Positions 26,120-35,489 of a stretch of 64,000 bases of DNA are shown here, in pieces; the first letter of the stretch is position 1, and each line of letters opens with the position of its first letter. The DNA comes from an uncultured bacterium. GTDB lineage: Bacteria > Verrucomicrobiota > Kiritimatiellia > RFP12 > UBA1067. Under the pieces are notes generated by a model, which was not told the origin of the DNA, did no database searches, and saw only the letters and a program-made list of their open reading frames with translations. The stretch spans positions 2,898 through 66,897 of the forward strand of contig CACZHC010000011.1 of assembly GCA_902780865.1 (NCBI GenBank). The letters are read 5' to 3'. A program made the position numbers and the translations under genes.

Positions 26120-29092
26120 TCACTGTGGATCGCGCGGAGTAGATCGGAGAACCATGAATCCCCTGTCTGCGTTTACTGGAATGGACGCGAGAATCTTCGT
26201 TCCGTCCGCACTGACGGTCAACCCGGAATTCTCGAACGAGACCGGCTTCCAGGTCGAGACCTTGGCCGTAAGGTCGGAATTAGTGCAGACGGAAATGCCA
26301 AGGACGGCCTTCCCATTCTCAACTTCAAGAGTTGCAGCGCCAGCGGCCTCAACCTCGGTCCGCGAGACAAGCAACATGCCCTCGGGAACGGAAGCGCTAA
26401 AGCCACTCTTTAACTCGCCCAGCGAAAGACTGACCGGCACCGTGTCGGGGAGCCCGGCAAAGACGTTCTCCCCAAGCGTCACGCCATTGCCTATCTGAAT
26501 ACCCGTCACGGACGACTTGTCCCACGGAACGTCAGCAGCGCCCGAAAAATCGCGCGTCGACCCCGTGCCCGTGAAACGCAGCGTGCCGTCCGGCTCCAGC
26601 GAGGCGGTAACGGAATCGCCGACCGACCACGATTCGGCCGCGACCGCCTTGAACACCCAGGTGTTCGGCCCGTCGGAGTGGAGCGTCAGCTCGGAAGAAT
26701 CGTAGACCTGGCCGGTGTAGAGTTCGCGGACCTTCGTCATGCCGGCCGGAAGGTTGATCCGGATCGTCGCGTTCGACGCCGTGTGGAACATCATTACGTC
26801 GCCGTGGCGGCGGATGCAGTGCCCGATCGGCGCGAGCGGCGTCGCCCCCATGCCGGTAAGAAGCTCACGCCACACATTCGGGTTCGTGACGTGGTACGGC
26901 ATGTTGTTGATGTCGCGCACCTTTGCCTGCGACGACGGGAGGTTGAATGGGCAGTGGAAGAGCCAGACCGATTTGAAGTCCGAGGCGGAAACGCGTTGCT
27001 GCAACGCGGTCTTCATCTCGCCCTCGGGCGCAAACACGTTGAGGAAGACGGCCTTGCGGTAGCGCGATGCGGGCTTGGCGAGGAAGTCGTCGAGCGACAT
27101 CATGTCGAACGGCACGCCAGAGGCGTAGAGGCCCGGCAGGGAGTGCGTATAGATGAGGGCGTGGGTGAAGGTTTCCTTGGTGGAGCACCGCAGGCGTTCG
27201 CGCCAGTCGACTACGACCGCGACCTCGTTGCCGGAATCCGCAGGACGTTCGCCAATCTCCCCGAGAACTCGCTGCGTGTCGGCGATAGCCTGCAGAACGG
27301 GCGGCGTGTCCATCGAGAAATTTCGCTTGTCGATGTCATGCTCGGGATCAAGCATCTGGAGACCGCAACCATCGAAATAGCGGTTGAGCCAGTTGCGGCG
27401 CGTCGTCATCTCCTCCTCTTGCTCACTTCTCGTGCAGATGTACTGTAGCTGGACGTACTTGGAGACGTGGTAGTGACGCATGTCGTCCTCAAGCATGACG
27501 AGCTTGCCATAGCGGTGGAAGGTCGCAGGAATCGTCCGGTGGTGATACGCGCCGCCCGCAAGACGGCACTCCTCCGTATAGTCGGCCGGATTGGACATGA
27601 AATCGACGTCCGGCGACGAGAGCACCCGGTCGAGCATCACGTTCGCCCCCTCCGGCGGATGCGTCGTCATGACGTAGCCGTAGTACATGCCGACGAGGCG
27701 GCCGGGGAGCTCGGTCTTGATGGTGTGAGCGACGTTCGTCATGAGATCGGCGATTACGGTGGCCTGGCACTCGTAGAAGTCGATTACCTTCTGCTCGGTC
27801 GCGTTGTTCGCGCGATTCAGGAAGAAGCGGTCGTTGTCGTTTCTGCGATCTGCCATCGTCGGCGGATTCTCGTTCGCGTACTTTCCGTTCTTCCACTTGT
27901 GGAACGCCTCGGTCATCCGAAGGCCCGTGTCGGGGCCCTGGTCCATGCCGTACATGTGCCACTCGGTGTAGATGCCCCAGCAGGGACGCACGCCTATGAC
28001 GCGGTCGCCCCAAGACTGCGCCTTGATGTACGCGGCGAGCTTCGTGAGAAGGCTCTTCGCCTCGGCGCAATACGCGGCCGAGGCCGGCGAGGGCCGCGCG
28101 ACGCGGTCCTTGCGCTCGTCGAGGTCTCCTGAGGTCTGCACGTCGCCGTTCGCATAGCCGATGCGTTCGTTCGGATGCGCAGCAAGCCACTTGGGGAGCT
28201 CCATGCGGATCAACACGAGAATGCGTGCGTCGGGAGCGGCCTGGAACATCGAGGCGGCCTTGTTGCCGAGTGCGGAAAAGTCATAGGAGCCGGCCGACTT
28301 CTCGTATTCCGACGGACGCAGGTTGAGCTGGTTGATGGTGATTCCGAGATTGGCCATCTTCGCGACCGCCTGCTTGCAGTAGGAGCTGTCGACTCCGCTC
28401 TGGTTGAAGACAGGCTCGAAGAGCGCTCCGTCGATCGAGATCTTCGGCACGCCGTTTGTATAGACGATCTTCGCGTTGGGTGTCCCAGTCGTATCCCCGG
28501 AACCTCCCGACCCTCCCGATCCTCCCGCCTCCGCCGCCGCCTTTGCGGCGCGCTCCTCCTCAGTCGTGCAGTTGTTCACATAGGGAGTGATGTCTCCTGC
28601 TATGTTCGTCCATGCGTCGCCGATTTCCGTCGCAGCGCGCCAGGAAGAATCGTCATAGTCGGGCGCCTGCCAGTTGCCGGACGCCGTGCCGTCAGTTACC
28701 TTGAAAGTCTGCGAGTCGCTGTTGACGATGACGTGTCCTCCGTCCGTAAGCTCGATGTCGCCGCGGAGAATGATTCCCGCCTTGCTCACGTGGTTCGTCG
28801 CGAGCATCGCGAGGACGTTGCGCCCTTCACGCAGGCCGTTGCCGTCGACGATTTCGTTGCGCGAGTAGGACGTACCGTTCATCCAATAGTACGCGCCGTC
28901 GTCGACGTACACCTTGATTGACGCCCGACTAACAGGCCCCGGCACGTTGAATTCCGCGCGGAACAAATACGTCTCGTGCGAATGTGCCTCGGACGCGCCC
29001 CAGATCCAACGCGAGGCGGAATAGTATTCCTGTGTTGCGCCAACTGCGGAAAGCGCCAGAACGGATGCACAAACAACAACTGCCATCTTCAT
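26120..29092 (-). CDS. secreted GH42-like putative glycoside hydrolase with N-terminal beta-sandwich and extra C-terminal domains (paralog 2)
   Basis: 990-aa ORF with a signal peptide. The start follows GAGGA-N8-ATG. It has a GGSGGSGGSG linker after the N-terminal domain and ~200 extra C-terminal residues relative to paralog 1. Confidence 0.55.
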   Translation of the reverse strand: MKMAVVVCASVLALSAVGATQEYYSASRWIWGASEAHSHETYLFRAEFNVPGPVSRASIKVYVDDGAYYWMNGTSYSRNEIVDGNGLREGRNVLAMLATNHVSKAGIILRGDIELTDGGHVIVNSDSQTFKVTDGTASGNWQAPDYDDSSWRAATEIGDAWTNIAGDITPYVNNCTTEEERAAKAAAEAGGSGGSGGSGDTTGTPNAKIVYTNGVPKISIDGALFEPVFNQSGVDSSYCKQAVAKMANLGITINQLNLRPSEYEKSAGSYDFSALGNKAASMFQAAPDARILVLIRMELPKWLAAHPNERIGYANGDVQTSGDLDERKDRVARPSPASAAYCAEAKSLLTKLAAYIKAQSWGDRVIGVRPCWGIYTEWHMYGMDQGPDTGLRMTEAFHKWKNGKYANENPPTMADRRNDNDRFFLNRANNATEQKVIDFYECQATVIADLMTNVAHTIKTELPGRLVGMYYGYVMTTHPPEGANVMLDRVLSSPDVDFMSNPADYTEECRLAGGAYHHRTIPATFHRYGKLVMLEDDMRHYHVSKYVQLQYICTRSEQEEEMTTRRNWLNRYFDGCGLQMLDPEHDIDKRNFSMDTPPVLQAIADTQRVLGEIGERPADSGNEVAVVVDWRERLRCSTKETFTHALIYTHSLPGLYASGVPFDMMSLDDFLAKPASRYRKAVFLNVFAPEGEMKTALQQRVSASDFKSVWLFHCPFNLPSSQAKVRDINNMPYHVTNPNVWRELLTGMGATPLAPIGHCIRRHGDVMMFHTASNATIRINLPAGMTKVRELYTGQVYDSSELTLHSDGPNTWVFKAVAAESWSVGDSVTASLEPDGTLRFTGTGSTRDFSGAADVPWDKSSVTGIQIGNGVTLGENVFAGLPDTVPVSLSLGELKSGFSASVPEGMLLVSRTEVEAAGAATLEVENGKAVLGISVCTNSDLTAKVSTWKPVSFENSGLTVSADGTKILASIPVNADRGFMVLRSTPRDPQ

Positions 29093-29128
29093 TTTTTCGT
29101 TCCTCGTTGATGAATGTTTTCGAGGAAG

Positions 29129-29209
29129 ATTATAGCAGACGGTCAGTTTACAGACAATTATACGAAAGAGACGAAATCCATATACGAAAGTATTAACCAG
29201 TCACTATAC
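29129..29209 (-). promoter_or_regulatory. promoter (TTGTCT-17-TATAAT) with degenerate (T/A/C)TATAC sites upstream
   Basis: On the minus strand the -10 TGCTATAAT is at 29137-29129 and the -35 at 29157-29152. TTATAC is at 29158-29163, ATATAC at 29180-29185 and CTATAC at 29204-29209. Confidence 0.45.
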
Positions 29210-29229
29210 AGAAAAGGGCTTAAAAAAGC

Positions 29230-30855
29230 TCACTTGCGGACAAAGTGCGGAAGACGGCTGATCGGCGTTGCGACTTCGACGGTCTTTGGTCCGACTACTT
29301 CAGTGCCGTCGTCCGCAACCCATGTTCCTGTCGGCACGAAAACCTTGCGCGTCTTCGCTCCCTTGACGGTCTGCGGCGCGACGAGAAGCTTGGAGCCAAG
29401 CATGAACTGGTCGGTTATCCGCTCTGCGCCAAGGCCTGGGAACTCGTATTCCATCGCCCTGAGCATCGGCTCGCCCGACTTGGCCGAGGCCTTCGCCGTC
29501 TCGATGATGTAGTCGACATGCTTCATGCGCGTATGCGCCGCAGCACGGACCGCGTCGAGATATTCGCCCTTCAGAAGACGCCAAGGCGCCGCCGAGAACT
29601 GCATCATCGGCGCAAGGGCGTGCACCTGGGCGCTGCGAACGAAGAGCTCGGGATCAAAAGGCGTCGGCGCGTCAGGCATAAACGCCATCCAGCTGCCGCC
29701 GCCAATCATGTCGGGGCAGACGAACGGATGGCCGAGAAGCCCGCACGCAATCATGTCTGGCACGAGTTGCTGCACCGCAGGCCAGTCGTGCCCCTTGTCG
29801 CAAAGGCGCTGCACGAGCGGCTGGCCGCCCATCTTGAAACACGCGCGATACTCGTTCAGCGGAAACTCGAGGCCGATCTTCGCGTACGCCTCGCACAGTT
29901 CCGAAGGCGACGCCTTGACGTGCGTCACATACGGCTTGATATACTCGTCCATATCTCCCGCGTCCAGCTTGAATCCGTCGACGCCGTAGTCGGCCTGGAG
30001 ACGCTTGAGCTCGCGAGCGAACCACTTCGCACCGAGCGGATGGGTGAAATCGACAAACGCGCTCGCTCCGTTCCACCAGTGGACGGTTTTCGCGGTTTTG
30101 CGCCCGTACACGTTTTTCTCGCCAGACATGATAAGCCCGCCCTTTTCGCATTTCCGCCCCGCGTCAAGCGAGCCAAAGACCATCTCTCGATAGCCAGGTG
30201 AGTCCATTGACACAAACGGGCACACCCAGAGCATCACTTTGTATCCGGCGGCATGGAGCTCGTCGCACATCGCCTTCGGGTCTGAGAATCGGCGGCGGTC
30301 AAAGTCCCAGACGCCGTAGCCATGCTGCCAGGTGTCGTCGACCATTATCACGCCGCCTACGGGAAATCCGTTCGCCGCGATTCCCTTCGCGTAGTCGAGA
30401 ATGCCCTGCTGGTTCTGGAAGTAGGTAAGCTCAACCCAGGTGTTCCACTGGGGCTTCGCAATGAGCGCGAGATCCGGGGTCTTTCCGCTCGCGGGGAAAT
30501 GCCTGCTCGCTGCGGCGAGAAAAGCCGAGCGAAGGTCCGATCCCTCTTCCCTAAGCTCGATCGGCGCATCGCCAGTAAACGTCATCACGCCGTCCGCAAA
30601 TGAGCAGGCAAACGCCTTTTCGCTCCACACTGAGCGCCCCTTCGTCGACAGCATGATGGGCGCGGCCTGGTTGCTGTAGTTGTCTTTCCTGATGTCAAAG
30701 GTAAAAGACGTGGCGTTGAGCCCAAGCGGCTCCTTCGTGCCAAACGTCGTGGCACCGCCCCACCAGCCCTCTCCGGGCAGCAGGGTCACCTTGAGTTCTT
30801 CTGCGCCCACGACCAGTGCCGCTGCCACCGTCATCGCCGTAACAAGACTTTTCAT
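29230..30855 (-). CDS. secreted GH31-family glycoside hydrolase
   Basis: 541-aa ORF with a signal peptide. ...[11 protein letters not shown]... and ...[12 protein letters not shown]... match the GH31 catalytic-region pattern (G-V-D-x-F-K-x-D). Confidence 0.6.
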   Translation of the reverse strand: MKSLVTAMTVAAALVVGAEELKVTLLPGEGWWGGATTFGTKEPLGLNATSFTFDIRKDNYSNQAAPIMLSTKGRSVWSEKAFACSFADGVMTFTGDAPIELREEGSDLRSAFLAAASRHFPASGKTPDLALIAKPQWNTWVELTYFQNQQGILDYAKGIAANGFPVGGVIMVDDTWQHGYGVWDFDRRRFSDPKAMCDELHAAGYKVMLWVCPFVSMDSPGYREMVFGSLDAGRKCEKGGLIMSGEKNVYGRKTAKTVHWWNGASAFVDFTHPLGAKWFARELKRLQADYGVDGFKLDAGDMDEYIKPYVTHVKASPSELCEAYAKIGLEFPLNEYRACFKMGGQPLVQRLCDKGHDWPAVQQLVPDMIACGLLGHPFVCPDMIGGGSWMAFMPDAPTPFDPELFVRSAQVHALAPMMQFSAAPWRLLKGEYLDAVRAAAHTRMKHVDYIIETAKASAKSGEPMLRAMEYEFPGLGAERITDQFMLGSKLLVAPQTVKGAKTRKVFVPTGTWVADDGTEVVGPKTVEVATPISRLPHFVRK

Positions 30856-30908
30856 CTACTTTCGCTCCTTTTCACCGTTTGCACACACGCCAAAACCTAT
30901 TTCAACAA

Positions 30909-30946
30909 ATGCGCCTCGCGCGGCATATATTCCACGCGAGGCGCAT
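30909..30946 (-). terminator. hairpin downstream of pnp (12-bp perfect stem, 14-nt loop)
   Basis: ATGCGCCTCGCG (30909-30920) pairs with CGCGAGGCGCAT (30935-30946). On the minus strand it is followed by TTTGTTGAAAT. Confidence 0.5.
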
Positions 30947-30999
30947 AGCTTGCATACGAACAGGACGAACTCAGTTCGCGGTCTGCTCGTCGAGTTCCT

Positions 31000-33102
31000 T
31001 CATAGCCGCCTTGCGGGAGAGCTTGATGCGCCCGCGCTCGTCGACGTCAAGGCACTTGACCTTGATGATGTCGCCGACCTTGCAGACGCCGTCCATCGAC
31101 TTGAGGAACTTGTCGTCGACTTGAGGAACTTGTCGGAGAACTCCGAGATGTGGCAGAGGCCGTCCATTCCGGGGAGGATCTCGACGAACGCGCCGAAGTC
31201 CTTGATGCCGGTGACCTTGCCCTCGTAGATCTTGCCGGGCTCGGCGACGGCCGAGACCGCGCCGACAGCGCGCTTCGCCGCTTCCATCGACTCGAGCGAG
31301 GTCGCGAAGATCGAGACCTTGCCGTCGTCGTCGATGTCGATCTGCGCGCCAGTGGACTCCACGATGCCGCGGATGTTCGAGCCGCCGGGGCCGATAAGGG
31401 CGCCGATCTTGTCGACGGGAATCTGCATCTCCTCGATCCGGGGCGCGTACTTGTTGAGCTCGGCGCGCGGGGCGGGGATGACCGACTCCATGAAGTCGAT
31501 GATCTTGAGACGCGCGTCGTGAGCGGCCTTGACCGCGCCCTCGACGAGATCCCACGTGAGGCCGCGAAGCTTCAAGTCTACCTGGAAGCCCGTGATGCCC
31601 TTCTTAGTGCCGCCGACCTTGAAGTCCATGTCGCCGCAGTGGTCTTCCGCGCCGAGGATGTCGGTGACGAGCACTTTCTTCGACTGGTCCTCGTTCGTGA
31701 AAAGGCCGATCGATATGCCCGCGACGGTGCGCTTCAGCGGAACGCCTGCATCCATGAGCGCGAGGCAGCCGTTGCAGATCGAGGCCATCGACGAGGAGCC
31801 GTTGGAGCCCATGATCTCGCTGACGACGCGGATCGAGTACGGGAATTCGTCGGGGAGAACCTCCGCGATCGAACGCTCGGCAAGAGCGCCGTGGCCGATC
31901 TCGCGGCGGCCCGTGGAGCCGAGACGCCCGACCTCGCCCGTGCAGTAGGGCGGGAAGTTGTAGTGGAGCATGAAGCGCTTCGAGGGCTCGCCGCCAGTAA
32001 CGGAGTCGAGGTCCTGAGCGTCCTTCTTCGTGCCGAGCGTGACAGTCGCGAACGACTGGGTCTCGCCGCGCGAGAAGATCGCAGAGCCGTGGAGGCGCGG
32101 AAGGACGCCGACCTGGGCGGAGAGCGGACGGATCTCGTGCTGGGCGCGGCCGTCGATGCGGAGGCCCTTCTCCAAGACGTTCTTGCGGACGGTCTCGATC
32201 TCGAGGGCGTCGAAGAGGTGGACGAATCCGACGGCGTCGACCTCGGGCCACTTCTCGCTGACCTTCTTGAGAAGGTCTTCCTTGATGGCGGAAACCTTGC
32301 CCTGGCGCTCGAGCTTGCCCTTGATGAGAAGCGCTGCCGCGAGAGCCTCGCCGCCTTCCTTGCGCATGAAGTCCATCTTGTCCGCGGGCTGCGGGATGTC
32401 CTTGATGTCCTTGTCGGGCTTGCCGAGGGCGCGGCGCATCTCGATCTGGAGGTCGATGATCTTCTCGACTTCCTCGTGGGCGCGCTTCAAGGCCGCGACG
32501 AAATCCTCGTCGCTGATTTCCGAGGCGGAGCCTTCCATCATGAGGAACTTGCCGCGGATGCCGGCGTAGAGGAGGTCGATGTCGCTCTTGGCCTTCTGCT
32601 CGTGGGTCGGGTTGATGACCCACTGGCCGTCGATGCGGCCGATCCTGACGCATCCGATCGGGCCCATGAACGGGATCTCGGAGATGTGGAGCGCGGCGGA
32701 CGACGCGTTGACGGCGAGGAAGTCTGCCTCCCTGGTGCCGTCGGACTGGATGAGCGTCGAGTTGACCTGGACGTCGTTGTAGTAGCCGTCGGGGAAGAGC
32801 GGACGGATCGGACGGTCGCACATGCGGGCCGTGAGGATCTCCTTGCTCGTCGGACGCGCTTCGCGCTTGAAGAACCCGCCGGGGAACTTGCCCGCCGCGT
32901 AGAACTTCTCGCGATACTCGCACTGCAGCGGGAAGAAGTCGATTCCTTCCCGCGGCGTATCGGTATTTGTGACCGCCGTAAAGACGGTCGTGTCACCGTA
33001 CGAGACGGTGACGGCTCCGGCGGCCTGCTGCGCCAGGAGCCCAGTCTCGATCACGAGGTCCGTCCCCGCGATGTTGACCTTGAACTGCTTTGTTCCTTGC
33101 AT
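31000..33102 (-). CDS. pnp: polynucleotide phosphorylase (PNPase), frameshifted in the C-terminal S1 domain by a 20-bp tandem duplication
   Basis: The 700-aa ORF is typical PNPase throughout (two RNase PH domains, KH, start of S1: [35 protein letters not shown]). It then reads out of frame ([11 protein letters not shown]...). Removing one copy of the duplication restores ...[45 protein letters not shown] ending at 30971. Confidence 0.9.
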   Translation of the reverse strand: MQGTKQFKVNIAGTDLVIETGLLAQQAAGAVTVSYGDTTVFTAVTNTDTPREGIDFFPLQCEYREKFYAAGKFPGGFFKREARPTSKEILTARMCDRPIRPLFPDGYYNDVQVNSTLIQSDGTREADFLAVNASSAALHISEIPFMGPIGCVRIGRIDGQWVINPTHEQKAKSDIDLLYAGIRGKFLMMEGSASEISDEDFVAALKRAHEEVEKIIDLQIEMRRALGKPDKDIKDIPQPADKMDFMRKEGGEALAAALLIKGKLERQGKVSAIKEDLLKKVSEKWPEVDAVGFVHLFDALEIETVRKNVLEKGLRIDGRAQHEIRPLSAQVGVLPRLHGSAIFSRGETQSFATVTLGTKKDAQDLDSVTGGEPSKRFMLHYNFPPYCTGEVGRLGSTGRREIGHGALAERSIAEVLPDEFPYSIRVVSEIMGSNGSSSMASICNGCLALMDAGVPLKRTVAGISIGLFTNEDQSKKVLVTDILGAEDHCGDMDFKVGGTKKGITGFQVDLKLRGLTWDLVEGAVKAAHDARLKIIDFMESVIPAPRAELNKYAPRIEEMQIPVDKIGALIGPGGSNIRGIVESTGAQIDIDDDGKVSIFATSLESMEAAKRAVGAVSAVAEPGKIYEGKVTGIKDFGAFVEILPGMDGLCHISEFSDKFLKSTTSSSSRWTASARSATSSRSSALTSTSAGASSSPARRL
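31095..31134. repeat. perfect 20-bp tandem duplication (tcgacttgaggaacttgtcg x2) inside pnp
   Basis: 31095-31114 and 31115-31134 are identical in a base-by-base read. Confidence 0.95.
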
Positions 33103-33139
33103 TGTCTTTTTTCTTTTCTTTGTTTCTGTTTGTCAATCC

Positions 33140-33400
33140 TTAGCGGCGGATGCCGAGCTTCTTGATGAGCTCGCGGTAGCTCGCCTCGTTCTCGCGCTTC
33201 AGGTAGTCGAGGAGGCTGCGGCGGTTCTGGACCTTGCGGAGGAGGCCGTAGCGGGAAGAATGGTCCTTCTTGTTCGCCTTGAGGTGCGCGGTGAGTGCCT
33301 CGATCTCCTTCGTGAGAATCGCAATCTGGACTTCGGAGGAACCCGTGTCGCGGTCGTGACGCTGGAATTCGGACTTAATGGCGGCCTTGTCGATCTTCAT
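33140..33400 (-). CDS. rpsO: 30S ribosomal protein S15
   Basis: 86-aa ORF, ...[49 protein letters not shown]... It sits immediately upstream of pnp, the conserved rpsO-pnp arrangement. Confidence 0.95.
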   Translation of the reverse strand: MKIDKAAIKSEFQRHDRDTGSSEVQIAILTKEIEALTAHLKANKKDHSSRYGLLRKVQNRRSLLDYLKRENEASYRELIKKLGIRR

Positions 33401-33533
33401 TGTATCTATTCTTTCTCTTTATTCTGCGTACCGGGAAGCAAGACCCTGCCAGTGGTCCCGACATGGGACACCGAACGCCCGAATTTCGAGCACCCGCGGC
33501 AGGGATAACCTCCTGAGACAGTCGCAGGACGCC

Positions 33534-34514
33534 TTAGAAGCCGAAGACAACCTTGATGCGGGCGTCGAACTCGGCCTTCATCTTGTCCGTGATCTCGAAG
33601 TTCTCAACCTTGCCCTTCCCCGTGCGCGTGAGGCGGTTGCGGAAGATCCCAAGGCGCTCCAGCACGTACAGGTGCGGACCGCGCATCTCGTCGTCGCCCC
33701 AGGTCGAGAAGATATCGCCAAGGTTCGCCATGTAGAGATACTTCGAATAGGCGTCGGCAAGCACGGGATCGGAAGCATCAGCCCCAGCCTTCGCACGCTT
33801 CCAGATCTTCACGAAGAGTGGCGCGTAGGCGGGACGCTGCGAGATGACGCCGCGCGTTCCGATTCTCGTCGCCTGGTAGACCCAGCCCTTGCCGCCCCAG
33901 CCGCTGAAGACCGTCTTGATGGCGGGATCGGCCACAAGCCGCTCCATGCGTCCGTTCACCTGCAGGCCCGGAGACTCTTCCTTCACGTAGCCAAGGTTCT
34001 CGGGGAATTCCTTCGCAAGGCGGATAAGCAGCTCGACCGACGGCTGCGGGCTCTTCCCGTTGTAGGTCTGTATGATGATCGGCAGCGTCGTCGCCTTCGC
34101 GAGCGTGCGGTAGTGGCGCTCCATGTCCGCATCGTCCTTCGCGTTATCCGGCGGACGCGCGAGAATCGCCATCTTCGCGCCGGTCGCCTTTGCAATGGCA
34201 TCGACCCGTTTCACGCGCGAGACGGCGGTTTCGGTGTTGGTCGCCGAGCAGATGGAGACGATCCACGCGGCATAGCCGTCGGCGACGGAGGCATTGGCGA
34301 GCGCAGTAAGTCCCTTCTCGAACTCCCCCGACTCGTCCAGGTCGTTGACCTCGGGAGCCGTCGGCCATACGATGCCGCCTACGCCGGCGTCGTTCACATA
34401 CTTCGCTTCCTTGACAAGGACCGGCACGTCGAGCTCGGCCTGTTCAGTCCACGGTGTGCACAGCAGCGGGAACGGACCTTCGAGCACGGCTGCCGCAAGA
34501 ATGGATGCCAACAT
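33534..34514 (-). CDS. dihydrodipicolinate synthase/N-acetylneuraminate lyase family (class I aldolase) protein
   Basis: DapA-family layout: FPLLCTPW near the N-terminus and ...ENLGYVKEESPG with the candidate Schiff-base Lys. GGAGGA lies 6-9 nt upstream of the GTG(34517)/ATG(34514) start. Confidence 0.6.
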   Translation of the reverse strand: MLASILAAAVLEGPFPLLCTPWTEQAELDVPVLVKEAKYVNDAGVGGIVWPTAPEVNDLDESGEFEKGLTALANASVADGYAAWIVSICSATNTETAVSRVKRVDAIAKATGAKMAILARPPDNAKDDADMERHYRTLAKATTLPIIIQTYNGKSPQPSVELLIRLAKEFPENLGYVKEESPGLQVNGRMERLVADPAIKTVFSGWGGKGWVYQATRIGTRGVISQRPAYAPLFVKIWKRAKAGADASDPVLADAYSKYLYMANLGDIFSTWGDDEMRGPHLYVLERLGIFRNRLTRTGKGKVENFEITDKMKAEFDARIKVVFGF

Positions 34515-34532
34515 CACGTCACTTCCTCCAGA

Positions 34533-35465
34533 TTACCTTTTTATCAAACGGTCGAAAACCTCGCCGCGTCCCGCTTTGACATCGTCCTTGGCCAGCGGAA
34601 CGACGAATATCGCCGGATCGTGGAGCAGCTTTAGGAATTCCTCCTGGACGTCCTTCGTAAGATCGCTTACGACGAAGCCGACGCGCTCGCGCCCCTTTGG
34701 CGACACCGCGGGCGGCAGGCGAAAGTCGACGCCTGTCAGCGAACGAATGGACGCGCATATAAAATGCCGCGTATCGGCACGGACCTCGGGATGGCAGTTG
34801 AAGAGAATCATCCGACCCTTGGCATAGTCGCAACTTACAACCGCCGGCGCGCCGAACATCGGATTGGTGACAGGGCCCTGCTCGCACAGCTCGCTGTTCA
34901 TCCTCGCCAGCACCACCACGTTCGAGCACGGCGGCACGGGATCCGTCTGGTAGACGATCGGCCCGTTGTGGTAGCGGATGAAGTAGTCCTTGTCCTCTAC
35001 TCCGAAAAGGGCCCGTCCCTCCGCAGTGAACCGCACAGCGCCCGTAAATCCGCCGCGCGGCCCGCCGGGGATCCGCGCGAACGGCACCATCGTGTTGCGC
35101 TTTGCGAAACTCGGCTGCTCGTTCAGAAGGTTGGAGAAGCCGCAGCAGGTGCCGAGGTACTTGCCGCCGTCCGCCACGAACTTGCGGATGGCCGCCATGC
35201 CTTCGTCGCCCATCGCCGCCGTCTGTGGGCCGCCCGCGCCGCCGGGATTGACGAAGAGATCGAGTCCGTCAAGACCGCCCTTTCGAAGGTCCTCGCCGCT
35301 CAAGAGCGTCAGCTCCGCGTCCGGAGAGCCGTCGATCAGCCACGCCCACAAGGCGGAGCCGGAACCGCGGCAGCCCTTGTCTGCGTAGAGACCGACCTTG
35401 AGTGACGCGGCTCCAGCGACACCGGCCAACAACGACAAAATAACAACGAAATTAAATTTTACCAC
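34533..35465 (-). CDS. secreted class-I glutamine-amidotransferase-like (BPL_N-like) domain protein
   Basis: The track ORF starts at GTG 35486. That codon lies inside a TGGTATAAT box, so I prefer GTG 35465 (VVKFNFVVILSLLAGVAGAAS signal peptide). ...LDLFVNPGGAGG...GGKYLGTCCGF... matches the GATase1-like nucleophile-elbow pattern. Confidence 0.5.
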   Translation of the reverse strand: MVKFNFVVILSLLAGVAGAASLKVGLYADKGCRGSGSALWAWLIDGSPDAELTLLSGEDLRKGGLDGLDLFVNPGGAGGPQTAAMGDEGMAAIRKFVADGGKYLGTCCGFSNLLNEQPSFAKRNTMVPFARIPGGPRGGFTGAVRFTAEGRALFGVEDKDYFIRYHNGPIVYQTDPVPPCSNVVVLARMNSELCEQGPVTNPMFGAPAVVSCDYAKGRMILFNCHPEVRADTRHFICASIRSLTGVDFRLPPAVSPKGRERVGFVVSDLTKDVQEEFLKLLHDPAIFVVPLAKDDVKAGRGEVFDRLIKR

Positions 35466-35474
35466 AGCGTCTCT

Positions 35475-35483
35475 ATTATACCA
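35475..35483 (-). promoter_or_regulatory. extended -10 (TGGTATAAT) 9 nt upstream of GTG 35465
   Basis: The reverse complement of 35475-35483 is TGGTATAAT. It lies directly after the stop of the CE4 gene. Confidence 0.4.
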
Positions 35484-35489
35484 CACGGC

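Noticed and set aside
31095-31134. Programmed ribosomal frameshifting in pnp
   Set aside because: The lesion is a clean 20-bp tandem duplication. No slippery heptamer or downstream stimulatory structure is visible. Removing one copy restores a canonical S1 domain, so mutation or assembly artefact is the simpler explanation.
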